NCBI GenBank assembly: GCA_018830045.1
Contig: JAHJTF010000022.1
Coordinates: forward strand, 1-57,791
DNA: 57,791 nt
DNA from: Patescibacteria group bacterium
GTDB lineage: Bacteria; Patescibacteriota; Microgenomatia; UBA1400; PJMF01
Direction: 5' to 3'
Under the pieces are notes generated by a model. It ran no database searches, was not told the DNA's origin, and was given only the letters and a program-made list of their open reading frames with translations. How positions within the stretch are numbered: position 1 is the stretch's first letter; each line of letters opens with the position of its first letter. The translations under genes and the position numbers were made by a program. Below are positions 1 through 8,550 of the stretch, one piece after another.

Positions 1-117
1 CCACCCGTCTCGTAAGCGAGCTAGAACATATGCGTACAACTTGGAATTCCCGAGTGGTTCCCTGAGTCCAGCCAAATGTTTGCGTTTACTAGCCTTTGCC
101 TCTACAGCTATTGCCAC
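1..117 (-). mobile_element. Probable IS30-family transposase remnant (5'-truncated, runs off the window edge)
   Basis: Minus frame from GTG at 117 reads VAIAVEAKASKRKHLAGLREPLGNSKLYAYVLARLRDGW, resembling the IS30 segment that precedes WSPEQIAG. An in-frame TAA at 130-132 closes the frame, so the N-terminal HTH is missing. Only 39 codons are visible. Confidence 0.5.
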
Positions 118-168
118 ATTAAGAAGTTTTTATACATGTTAAATTAATTCATAGAACAGAGGTAAACA

Positions 169-321
169 ATGGAAAAAGACCATTATTGTCAAGACAACGG
201 CGAAGGGGTTTGCATCATTTGTGGCGAACCTACGCCTGTGGGAATAAAAGAACTTAATCATTATTGTCAAGACAACGGCGAAGGGGTTTGCATCATTTGT
301 GGTCGCCGTATGAAGAAATAG
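169..321 (+). CDS. 50-aa Cys/His-rich small protein with two identical HYCQDNGEGVCIICG units (possible metal-binding protein)
   Basis: ATG at 169 follows SD-like AGAGGT (158-163); TAG at 319-321. Translation: MEKDHYCQDNGEGVCIICGEPTPVGIKELNHYCQDNGEGVCIICGRRMKK. Below the ORF-track cutoff. Confidence 0.7.
   Translation: MEKDHYCQDNGEGVCIICGEPTPVGIKELNHYCQDNGEGVCIICGRRMKK
181..302. repeat. Perfect 44-bp direct repeat x2 (181-224 and 259-302) with a 34-bp spacer
   Basis: CATTATTGTCAAGACAACGGCGAAGGGGTTTGCATCATTTGTGG occurs twice, period 78 nt (26 codons). Confidence 0.97.
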
Positions 322-341
322 CGACCAGATCATATTCAAAG

Positions 342-1586
342 TTATAAATGAATGTCTTGATTATCTATGATATCGAATGAATAATAAATTTTATTAAAAG
401 TTTTATTAAACCTCATCACTCCATCTTTAATGTTTTCTCCCTTAAACGATTTATCTAAAAACTCTGCAATTTGTTGCATTTCTTTTTTCTTCATTCCTCT
501 TCTGGTAATCTCTTGCGTACCTAGGCGGATAAACTTTCCTCTGCCCAGAGGCTGATCAAAGTTAACTGCGAGATGATTATTAAATAATTTGGCATAAAGA
601 TCTTTATAGTCGCCAATTTTTTCAGTAAATAAATGTACCTGATGATTTTCAGAATATCTCCCGGTGTTTGATTTTCTAATCTCATAACCTAAATTAGCTA
701 GCGAACCAGCTAAGTCGTTGGAGTTTTGAACCACTTGTTGAGCATAATTTTGTCCAAATTCTTTCATCTCCAATATCGTGGTAGCCAGGGCAATTAGATG
801 GTGGGTATGGGGGCTAGAATGTAAACAGCCATTGATGATAGCGTTGGCTTTATCTCCTAGATTTTTATCCTTGAACGCAATCATACCTTTTTGCGGTCCG
901 GGTAAAGTTTTATGAGTATTAGCGCTGATAACATCAGCTCCTTCAGTGAGGGGTGATTGAAATATTCCTCCCATAATTAAGCCCATGGTATGACTGGCAT
1001 CATAAATAATAATGGCTTTTTCACCCAAAGCCTGCCTAATTTCTCTTAGATTGTGAGGATTAATGTAGTAGGAAACGTCCATATAAAAAGCTGTGGCGTT
1101 TGAGTCTTGGAAAATTTTGGCTATTTTTTTTGTATCAAATCTTAAATTCTCTAGATCAAATTCTGCAAAAACCTGTTTTCTCCCTACTCTTTCTAAAATT
1201 CCCGCAGTAGCAAAGTGGCCGCCACTGTCTTTTTTAACAGTCATGATAGTATCGCCAGCTTGAGTTGTGGATAAAATTGAGCACATCATGGCGTGCACTC
1301 CAGAGAGACAATTTAAATTGACACTTTCTGCATGAAGCATTTTTTTAGCTGCCTCTTGGGCTTGATGTAATAATTTTTCAATTCCTGGGTAGCCAAGGGC
1401 AGTAAAGGGTCCAAGGTCAATTTTACTATTTGTTCCGCCGCCAAAATAATATCTTTCAGATAATTTTGAGCCCAAAAACATTCTGGCTGTTTCAGACATC
1501 TGAGCTTCATTGGCAGTTAGATGCAAAAAATTCTCATTTCTTTGTTCTTCTTTTTTGATAGTGGCAAGGATTGATTGTATATCCAT
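342..1586 (-). CDS. SHMT-fold PLP enzyme, L-threonine transaldolase-like (ObiH/ObaG type)
   Basis: LTANE, GGHFA, YDASHTMGLIMGG.F.SPL..GAD, NTHKTLPGPQKG (PLP lysine), HQVH, IRLGTQEITRRGMK and terminal YSFD. Lacks the GlyA signatures LIASEN, YAEGYP, GGHLTH and HKTLRGPRGG. Confidence 0.75.
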   Translation of the reverse strand: MDIQSILATIKKEEQRNENFLHLTANEAQMSETARMFLGSKLSERYYFGGGTNSKIDLGPFTALGYPGIEKLLHQAQEAAKKMLHAESVNLNCLSGVHAMMCSILSTTQAGDTIMTVKKDSGGHFATAGILERVGRKQVFAEFDLENLRFDTKKIAKIFQDSNATAFYMDVSYYINPHNLREIRQALGEKAIIIYDASHTMGLIMGGIFQSPLTEGADVISANTHKTLPGPQKGMIAFKDKNLGDKANAIINGCLHSSPHTHHLIALATTILEMKEFGQNYAQQVVQNSNDLAGSLANLGYEIRKSNTGRYSENHQVHLFTEKIGDYKDLYAKLFNNHLAVNFDQPLGRGKFIRLGTQEITRRGMKKKEMQQIAEFLDKSFKGENIKDGVMRFNKTFNKIYYSFDIIDNQDIHL

Positions 1587-1594
1587 ACTTTGAC

Positions 1595-1623
1595 ATTATA
1601 GTTGATCATTAATTTGGTACAAT
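1595..1623. promoter_or_regulatory. Back-to-back promoters: minus-strand TATAAT (1600-1595) for the PLP gene and plus-strand extended -10 TGgTACAAT (1615-1623) for the tRNAs
   Basis: TATAAT lies 8 nt before the ATG at 1586; TGnTACAAT lies 10 nt before the tRNA-Gly 5' end. Confidence 0.6.
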
Positions 1624-1633
1624 GAGTTAATTA

Positions 1634-1706
1634 GCGGTGGTAGCTCAGTTGGTAGAGCGTCTGCTTCCCAAGCAGAAGGTCGCGGGTTCGAACCCCGTTC
1701 ACCGCT
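1634..1706 (+). tRNA. tRNA-Gly (CCC)
   Basis: Acceptor GCGGTGG/TCACCGC, D-arm AGCTCAGTTGGTAGAGC, anticodon arm TCTGC-TTCCCAA-GCAGA, T-loop GGTTCGAACCC. CCA is not encoded. Confidence 0.96.
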
Positions 1707-1739
1707 CACTACCCACGCTATTTGTTCTTAGCAGAAGGC

Positions 1740-1812
1740 GCCTGCGTAGCTCAGTTGGTAGAGCAGCGGTATCGTAAACCGCAGGTCGTCGGTTCGACCC
1801 CGACCGCAGGCT
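1740..1812 (+). tRNA. tRNA-Thr (CGT)
   Basis: Acceptor GCCTGCG/CGCAGGC, anticodon arm GCGGT-ATCGTAA-ACCGC, T-loop GGTTCGACCCC. CCA is not encoded. Confidence 0.95.
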
Positions 1813-1838
1813 CGTATTTCTGGTAGTATGTAAGTATT

Positions 1839-2552
1839 ATGCCTAAGACACGATCGCGTCTCTCTAGAAAACAACAACAGCAGATGATGCACCAGACAGT
1901 TTTGATTGTCGTTGTTGCCCTATCTCTGCTAGTAGCCTTTATCTTTTTTATTATGCCGCAATTCCTAAGTTTAGCTGACAGCATTTTGAACGGCCCCAGT
2001 ATTCTTAATGAAGATCAGGATCAAATCCCTCCGCAAACCCCAATTTTAGCCGTTCCTGTTTCAGCCACCAACAGTGCTTCTCTATTAATCTCTGGAATTG
2101 GTGAGATGGCCAGTCAAGCAGTGCTGGTTCTCAATGGGGAAAAACTAGAAGAGGTGAAGATCGATGACAAGGGCGAGTTTAAGTTCAAAGTTAGTCTCAT
2201 AGAGGGCGGAAATGCTTTGGCAGTTTATAGTATTGATGAGGCAGGCAATGAATCAGTTCAAACTCGAGAATACAAAGTTACATTAGATACCGAAGCGCCA
2301 GTTCTTGAGGTAAGCAGCCCTGAAGATGGCAGTACTATAGAATTAAGAAAAAATCAAATTATTACCATTATTGGCACCACAGAGTCGCAGGCTAAAGTTT
2401 TTATTAACGATCGCTTGGTCTACGCAAAAGCTGATGGAAGCTTTTCCATGAGCTATAAACTTGAAGAAGGTGAAAACAAACTTAAATTCAAGGCGATAGA
2501 CAGAGGAGGAAATGAGAGCGAAAAAGAAATAACGGTTAAATTTAGGTTTTAG
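1839..2552 (+). CDS. Membrane-anchored protein with two bacterial Ig-like domains
   Basis: One N-terminal TM helix, then two beta-rich repeats with L.EG.N...A.D.AGN.S and DT.AP.L motifs. Confidence 0.75.
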   Translation: MPKTRSRLSRKQQQQMMHQTVLIVVVALSLLVAFIFFIMPQFLSLADSILNGPSILNEDQDQIPPQTPILAVPVSATNSASLLISGIGEMASQAVLVLNGEKLEEVKIDDKGEFKFKVSLIEGGNALAVYSIDEAGNESVQTREYKVTLDTEAPVLEVSSPEDGSTIELRKNQIITIIGTTESQAKVFINDRLVYAKADGSFSMSYKLEEGENKLKFKAIDRGGNESEKEITVKFRF

Positions 2553-3702
2553 ATTTCCCTAAAGAGAGTCCCAAACTTGATAGCCACAACCAAACAAATG
2601 GTTGAAATAAGGTATGATTAAATTGTGAATGGATAAGTATTGCAATAAACGCAGTGAATATAAAGATATCTTTATGATATAAATTTTGTCCAAATTTATA
2701 TAGGATAAATAAAAATATTATCAGCCCCACGACTCCAGTGGAAGTAAGAATAAAGACAATTAAGTTATCAGGAAAATGGGCAGTGTTATTTAAAAGCGAA
2801 GCATTTGATTGGGATGTTAAGGGTGCAAATAATCCTTTACCAATTAGCCATTGGTAATTTTTCAAACTTATTAAAGCAGATGAACTAGATTCAACTCTTG
2901 AGCTGACCGAAGCTGTTCTCTCCAGCCTAACTCCCTCCCCTGCCGGTCGAGGTAAAAATGGAAGTCCGATAATAAATAAGCTCATAATAATTATGAGAAA
3001 ATGATTTATTTTATGGGATTTAATAAAACGTAGTAATAAAAGGAACGCTCCTGATCCCAAAAAGCTTAAATAGCTAGCTCTGGAATATGTCAAGAGAAGA
3101 GTTGTCATAAAAAAGAGTGATATGCCTGTTTTTAACCAACCAGACTGTACTTTTATGGTTTGACTAAGAAAAAATGTTATGACTAAAATTATACCGGCAA
3201 AATTAGGATCAAATTGAGTGCTAATCAGCCTAAAATAATGGTCATCCCAGCCTAAGTATTTTAAAAATCGAGTATCAGGAAAAAAGAGATACTGCAACAA
3301 TCCCCAAAAACCGATCAAGAGCCCTACCATTATCCAAAGCTTAACCTGGCTTTTTCTAGAGAATGGTTTGATAAAAATCAGACTAAGCCCAAATAAACAG
3401 TAAGCAAAAGCTCTTAATAAATAAAGTAAAGGGATGGTGCTAAAGCCAGCGATAGCATAGTTAATGACTATTCCAAAGCATATCCAGCTAAGCGTAAGTA
3501 ACAAGAGTTTGTTTTTGGTCATTCTTTTAACTAATTTTATCCATTGATCTGGAAATTTAACGATACTTAGTATGAGCCAAATGAGTAAAACTATATCATA
3601 AATATAAAAAGCCAATACTTCAGTCAATTGAATTCTTTGTAGTTGCCCCAGAGAAAAAAGTGCTAAAATTAGCAAAAATAATGCTTGGAATACTTTTTTC
3701 AT
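2542..3702 (-). CDS. O-antigen ligase-like (Wzy_C) polytopic membrane protein
   Basis: Many TM helices; RLISTQFDPNFAG, LLLTYSRASYL, LIGKG, DN......TG.VG pattern. Confidence 0.75.
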   Translation of the reverse strand: MKKVFQALFLLILALFSLGQLQRIQLTEVLAFYIYDIVLLIWLILSIVKFPDQWIKLVKRMTKNKLLLLTLSWICFGIVINYAIAGFSTIPLLYLLRAFAYCLFGLSLIFIKPFSRKSQVKLWIMVGLLIGFWGLLQYLFFPDTRFLKYLGWDDHYFRLISTQFDPNFAGIILVITFFLSQTIKVQSGWLKTGISLFFMTTLLLTYSRASYLSFLGSGAFLLLLRFIKSHKINHFLIIIMSLFIIGLPFLPRPAGEGVRLERTASVSSRVESSSSALISLKNYQWLIGKGLFAPLTSQSNASLLNNTAHFPDNLIVFILTSTGVVGLIIFLFILYKFGQNLYHKDIFIFTAFIAILIHSQFNHTLFQPFVWLWLSSLGLSLGKSKT

Positions 3703-4397
3703 GATTTTTCGTGTTTTAATTCGTATTGCAAAACTCTCACTGCTAAAGAATGCAGGCTCATCATCACAGCATAGCTTAATCCTCGCCAGCCATCTAGAAA
3801 ACCGAGCTTTATTACATAATTATAGATAAACTTTCCCCAAGGATAAAAAAGTAGTTGGCAGAGATAAAAAGATTGGTTACTTTGATTTCGAAAATTTGTT
3901 TCTAGTTGTGCATAATTTGTTATAGAATTACAGAATGCTTGCAGAGATGAGTGGGCATAATGGAGAATTTTAATGTTGGATTTTCCCACCTCTCCTCTTA
4001 TGTTTGCTATTTCGTGAACTGGACGCTGCCATTTCATTTTTGTTTTTTTGCCCATTCTCAAAAGCACGGTGCTGCCCGCTTCACCAAATTTTAGTGGCTT
4101 ATCATAAAAAACATCTTGACGATTGATATAAACACCGTCAAGTTTGTTTTCAACAATAATTCTTCTTATTTCACTCACAGATTCTGCGGTGATGATCTCA
4201 TCACTATCTAAAAATAAAACCCACTCATACTTGGCTTTTTTTAAGGCTTGATTGCGAACAAAAGCAAAATCAGAAATTGATTCTTTTTTAATGACTAAAA
4301 CCTCGTTAGCAAATTGAGCTGATTTTTTGGCTTGGGCCAAAGTAGGAGCGTCGGGACGAGTGATAATAATAATACTTAAATTAGCGGTAATAGACAT
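3699..4397 (-). CDS. Glycosyltransferase family 2 (KdtX/WaaE-like)
   Basis: DFA.VRNQAL, WVLFLDSDE, PVHE, GFLDGWRG. Confidence 0.85.
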   Translation of the reverse strand: MSITANLSIIIITRPDAPTLAQAKKSAQFANEVLVIKKESISDFAFVRNQALKKAKYEWVLFLDSDEIITAESVSEIRRIIVENKLDGVYINRQDVFYDKPLKFGEAGSTVLLRMGKKTKMKWQRPVHEIANIRGEVGKSNIKILHYAHSSLQAFCNSITNYAQLETNFRNQSNQSFYLCQLLFYPWGKFIYNYVIKLGFLDGWRGLSYAVMMSLHSLAVRVLQYELKHEKS

Positions 4398-5853
4398 CGA
4401 GTGTATTAAATTCTACTTTAGTTATTCCTGGATAACTGGCTAAATCAGAGTTTTTGGATTCAATGTAGAATACCACACCCGACTTTTGGTTCTCAGGAAT
4501 GCCCATTTCTTGAGCCAACCAGCGAAGGTTATCAAAGAAACTCGGGAATTTTCCAGCCATCTGTGTTGTTGCAAATTGAAATTTTCCAGGTCTTAATTTA
4601 TTCAGATAATTAATAATTTGTCTCTGCTCACCAATTGAGGCTTGATAGCTAAATGATTGATGATTGCCCACAAAGAAGTTGTAATTAAAAATTGCGATAG
4701 TATTAGTGATAGCCAAAAATATAATCAGGAGTTTTAGAATCAAGTGATTTTTTTTCAAAATCAAATTTAAACCCCATCCCAAGAGCAAGCTCAATAAAGC
4801 AAAGTAAGGTGGGAAATAAGCCTCTGAAGGAGATCCGTGAGCAAAATAGCTTATTGTCAATAACAGAGTAGCCATAGCTATCAACTCAAGACCAGGCTGA
4901 AGTGATTTTCTTTTTTTAAGCAAAGTAAAAATGGTGAATAAAAGTATGCCTAAAAAGGCGATGGAAATTAGAATGTTCTCTACTCCAAATATTCGATGCC
5001 AGTACTGCCAATAAGAAGATAGGGTAATGATTAGTTTATTTATTGTTAGCTGATGTTGCCCAACTATACCGGTTAAAGAAATAATTCGGTAACCCACCCA
5101 GACAAAAAATCCTCCCAATTGGCTTTGGGAAATCGGAACAGACAAATCGTGAATGATTTGGGGCAAGAAACCAACCATGATTGCGGCAGATGCTTGCGAA
5201 ACTATCTGTAAGGAAATTTTTCTTTTTTGTCTCCATAAAATATAAGGAATCATTAGTCCCAGGGCAAATAAGGATAGTTCAAACTGCATTAATAAAGCCC
5301 AGGCCAATCCAGTTACAAAAACTCCATATTTTTGATCACGCCAAAGATAAAGTAAAGCAAAGAGAAAGATGATCATCACTAATGGAATTGGAGTGGTGTG
5401 ATAAGGCACGCGACTATTGGCTATAGCTAGGGGTGAAAAAGCAAATAAGGTTGCGGCTATTAAAGCAGTACCTTTATTGATGTGGACCAAAGCATATTCA
5501 TAGATAAAAATTAGAGCCAAAACACTTAAAAAAGCAAAGCTAAGTGAGAAAGCCAGTGTTTTTTGTCCAAAGAGCAAATAAATGACCATTTCTAACCAGA
5601 TAGCTACTGGGCCTTGGTGGAATCTTGGGATGCTGGAAGGAATTCCTAGTAAAGGCAGAGAGCCTGATTCAAGAGCCTGTTTGGCTACCATCAAATCCCG
5701 ACCGGCATCTCCAAAAAAGATGCCATGAGTGTTGATTTTCCAAGTTCTCAGCAAAGTAGCAGAAATAACAATCAAAACTATTAAGCTGTGTTGACGAATC
5801 AACTTCAGGATAGATTTAATTGTTAGTTGGTTTTGTTTGTTGATAGACACCAT
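4381..5853 (-). CDS. GT-C membrane glycosyltransferase (ArnT/PMT-like, GT83/39)
   Basis: LLR..I...IFFGDAGRDL, PLLGIPSS, LFAFSP.AI..SR and many TM segments. Confidence 0.75.
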   Translation of the reverse strand: MVSINKQNQLTIKSILKLIRQHSLIVLIVISATLLRTWKINTHGIFFGDAGRDLMVAKQALESGSLPLLGIPSSIPRFHQGPVAIWLEMVIYLLFGQKTLAFSLSFAFLSVLALIFIYEYALVHINKGTALIAATLFAFSPLAIANSRVPYHTTPIPLVMIIFLFALLYLWRDQKYGVFVTGLAWALLMQFELSLFALGLMIPYILWRQKRKISLQIVSQASAAIMVGFLPQIIHDLSVPISQSQLGGFFVWVGYRIISLTGIVGQHQLTINKLIITLSSYWQYWHRIFGVENILISIAFLGILLFTIFTLLKKRKSLQPGLELIAMATLLLTISYFAHGSPSEAYFPPYFALLSLLLGWGLNLILKKNHLILKLLIIFLAITNTIAIFNYNFFVGNHQSFSYQASIGEQRQIINYLNKLRPGKFQFATTQMAGKFPSFFDNLRWLAQEMGIPENQKSGVVFYIESKNSDLASYPGITKVEFNTLDVYYR

Positions 5854-7045
5854 AGGCGATGATGGGCAATGATAAGATTCTTCCGAGAGCTAAGCCGATG
5901 ACAGCTCCTAGCAAGCCTTGTTTTAATCCTAGGAAGACAATGAGTGAGACGGTTAAAACTAGATTGGTGAGTTGATGAAAATTGAGGGTTTTATAAGCAC
6001 TTTTGGCCAAAAATAGAGTGTAACCTAGCAAAGCCAAACTGTGAGCTACCCCTGCCATCGTAAGCCATTTCACTAGTGGGACTGCATCTAGCCATTGATC
6101 TCCTAAAACTATTTTGATTATTGATTCTGGGAAAGTTATAACCACAAGCGAAGTAATCAGGAGTAATAAGCTAGTCCAACCAAAGGTTTGAAAAATAGCC
6201 TTTTTTAGGCTAGAAGGATTTAAAGCAATTTTTGTATAGATGGGTAAAGTCCCGTGATGGACTGATCGAGCAAGATCATAATTAGTTTTATGAGTTAGGG
6301 CATAGGCATTATGATAAAGACCAAGTTGATAAGTACCAAAGAGTTTGCCAATGATTAGATCGTCTAGGTTGTCATTAAGATATCCCATTAAGGAAGAAAG
6401 ACTCAGCCATTTAGCATTATGAAAAATTGTTTGGGCTCGAGATGTTAAATATCTAAATTGAGGTCTATGTTTAAAAAACAAAAAAGAAATCACCACCTCA
6501 AACATAGCGGCCCCAATCATACTTAAGATCATGGCTTCGACACTATGTAGTAAGAATCCCAAAGAAATGGCAAGAATCCCTTCTACGATGACTAAAGTAA
6601 AATAATAAAGGCTATCTTGAAAAAATTTCATGTTTTTATGCATCATGATGATACTGGGGTTGATAAAACCCTTGATGACAGGTACTAGCGAAGTTAGAGC
6701 AACTAGAGTGATTAATCGAGGGTTGTCAAAGTAATGACTGAGTCCTATGCCTATTAAAGTCATTGCAGTAGCAATAATAAAACCCCTGGCAATAGCAATC
6801 ACCCAGGCAGTATTTAGGAAATAAGCAATGGTTTTTTTTGACTGCAAAATAGTAATGTTAATACCCGTTTGAGCAGCGGCTTCACTTAAACCCAGAGCAA
6901 TAGCTGTTAAAGAGAAAAGTCCAAAATCATCAGGACTTAGTAGTCTGGCTAAGACAGATATCTTTGCCAGCGCCACTAATGAGCTGAGTATTTTTAAAAT
7001 AGTTTGCCAACTAAATCCCTCTACAGCCTGTTTGATGTAACTCAT
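5816..7045 (-). CDS. wzx: Oligosaccharide flippase (Wzx/WzxC family)
   Basis: LARLLSPDDFGLF, DDLIIGK..G...LGLY..AY, LGDQW..AVP; about 12 TM segments. Confidence 0.85.
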   Translation of the reverse strand: MSYIKQAVEGFSWQTILKILSSLVALAKISVLARLLSPDDFGLFSLTAIALGLSEAAAQTGINITILQSKKTIAYFLNTAWVIAIARGFIIATAMTLIGIGLSHYFDNPRLITLVALTSLVPVIKGFINPSIIMMHKNMKFFQDSLYYFTLVIVEGILAISLGFLLHSVEAMILSMIGAAMFEVVISFLFFKHRPQFRYLTSRAQTIFHNAKWLSLSSLMGYLNDNLDDLIIGKLFGTYQLGLYHNAYALTHKTNYDLARSVHHGTLPIYTKIALNPSSLKKAIFQTFGWTSLLLLITSLVVITFPESIIKIVLGDQWLDAVPLVKWLTMAGVAHSLALLGYTLFLAKSAYKTLNFHQLTNLVLTVSLIVFLGLKQGLLGAVIGLALGRILSLPIIAYGVYQQTKPTNN

Positions 7046-7110
7046 GGGTGAAATTGTATCTAGGTTTAGTTATAGTTAATAGGTTGATATACTACATGAC
7101 ATTGTAATCT

Positions 7111-7683
7111 ATGAAATTCTTCAACAAAATAGGCTCTGTATTTTTTGATTTTATTGAAACCATTGTTATTGCTTTATCAATTTTCTTGGTGGTTTATTTG
7201 TTTTTCTTGCAACCACATCAGGTGAATGGGCAATCAATGGTGCCAAACTTCCTAAGCGGAGAGTATGTTTTAACAGATAAGGTGAGCTATCGGATGAGAA
7301 ATCCAGAACGAGGCGAAGTTGTAGTTTTTCACTCACCTGATTCGGCTCATTGTGCTAAGGGAACAGGTTGTGATTTTATTAAACGAGTCATTGGGGTCCC
7401 TGGAGAAAATATTGAGGTTAAGAATAATGGTATATACGTAAATGGGTCTCGCATATTAGAATCATATATCCCAGATGATTATCAGACACTGGCGGGTGAG
7501 TTTACTAAAAATAGGGTTGTTACTTTGGGGGCGAATGAATACTTTGTGTCTGGGGACAACAGACCGTATTCGAGTGATTCAAGAGCCTGGGGACCGATTA
7601 AAAAGGAGGACATAGTTGGCAAGGCCTTTTATCGATATTGGCCACCACAAGTGATGGGATCGATTCACAAGGCGAACTATTAG
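7111..7683 (+). CDS. lepB: Signal peptidase I
   Basis: V.GQSMVPN (catalytic Ser), FIKRVIGVPGE (catalytic Lys), GDNRPYSSDSR.WG. Confidence 0.96.
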   Translation: MKFFNKIGSVFFDFIETIVIALSIFLVVYLFFLQPHQVNGQSMVPNFLSGEYVLTDKVSYRMRNPERGEVVVFHSPDSAHCAKGTGCDFIKRVIGVPGENIEVKNNGIYVNGSRILESYIPDDYQTLAGEFTKNRVVTLGANEYFVSGDNRPYSSDSRAWGPIKKEDIVGKAFYRYWPPQVMGSIHKANY

Positions 7684-8498
7684 TTATTTTTTTCAGCTAT
7701 TCCGATAATTTTCTCTAAATCTTGTTGGGTTTCTTCTGGAGAACCCTTAAGAGTAATCATGACTTTTGTTTGTCGGTGTGATCTGGTGAGCTTGAGATTA
7801 GATTTGGTATGAAAAAATTGATTAAATCTACTCTGCCATTGCTTGAGTTGTTGTTCATTGATTTTAATTGAAGGTTTGGTGCCAAAAGGTGAATTTAATT
7901 GAAGGCTATCTTTTTTAAATCTTCTAGCTAGTTCTTCTGCTCGGCGTACAGAGGCATTTTCCTTGAGAATAATTTTATAAGCCCTAATCATCTCAGTTTC
8001 ACTATTGATAGAGCTTAGGGCTCTGGCATGTCCTTCTGTGATCTGGCCAGAAATCAATCCATCAGCAATCGCATCTGGTAGGTCTAAAAGTTTTAAGGAG
8101 TTACTAATATAAGAAGGAGATTTGCCCACTTTTTCAGCCAGGTCAGAGTTGGAGTAGTTAAAGTTTCTCATTAATTGCCGGAAAGCCTGTGCTCTTTCCA
8201 AAGCATTGAGATCTACTCTTTGAACATTTTCCACTAAAGCCATCTCGAGCATGCCTTTGGGGGTGGTTTTTTTCACATACACCGGGACTTCTTCTAGACC
8301 TATTAATTGAGCCGCTCTCCAGCGACGTTCTCCGGCAATGATTTGATATCCGGCTGGCGTATGAGCCACCACAATGGGTTCTAAAATGCCATAGGTTTTA
8401 ATTGATTTGGCTAGCTCTTCTATTTCTTCATTCTTAATTTTGCCCCTGGGCTGAAAAGGGTTGGGCTGGAGTTGTTTGGTAGAAAGTGTGTGTACCAC
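7680..8498 (-). CDS. parB: ParB/Spo0J chromosome partitioning protein
   Basis: PNPFQPR, GILEPIVV, IIAGERRWRAA, ALVENVQRVDLN, HTH, ITEGHARAL. Confidence 0.95.
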   Translation of the reverse strand: MVHTLSTKQLQPNPFQPRGKIKNEEIEELAKSIKTYGILEPIVVAHTPAGYQIIAGERRWRAAQLIGLEEVPVYVKKTTPKGMLEMALVENVQRVDLNALERAQAFRQLMRNFNYSNSDLAEKVGKSPSYISNSLKLLDLPDAIADGLISGQITEGHARALSSINSETEMIRAYKIILKENASVRRAEELARRFKKDSLQLNSPFGTKPSIKINEQQLKQWQSRFNQFFHTKSNLKLTRSHRQTKVMITLKGSPEETQQDLEKIIGIAEKNN

Positions 8499-8550
8499 AA
8501 TGATGACATATTATCAGAATAAATCCCGAATATACTAGCCCCAAAAAAGA

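Noticed and set aside
181-302. CRISPR mini-array (44-bp repeat, 34-bp spacer)
   Set aside because: Only two units, no cas genes in the window, and no typical repeat end motif. The 78-nt period is in frame and encodes a coherent Cys/His motif behind an SD. Not fully excluded without flanking sequence.
139-339. 66-aa minus-strand ORF from the track
   Set aside because: Antisense shadow of the plus-strand 169-321 ORF, which has an SD and a meaningful motif.
342-1586. Calling this gene glyA
   Set aside because: Key SHMT motifs are replaced by transaldolase-type motifs, so the symbol is withheld.
1590-1623. TTGACA...TACAAT sigma70 pair for the tRNA genes
   Set aside because: The spacer is 22 nt, too long; an extended -10 explains the promoter better.
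1751-1984. 77-aa minus-strand ORF
   Set aside because: Antisense to tRNA-Thr and to the Ig-like gene.
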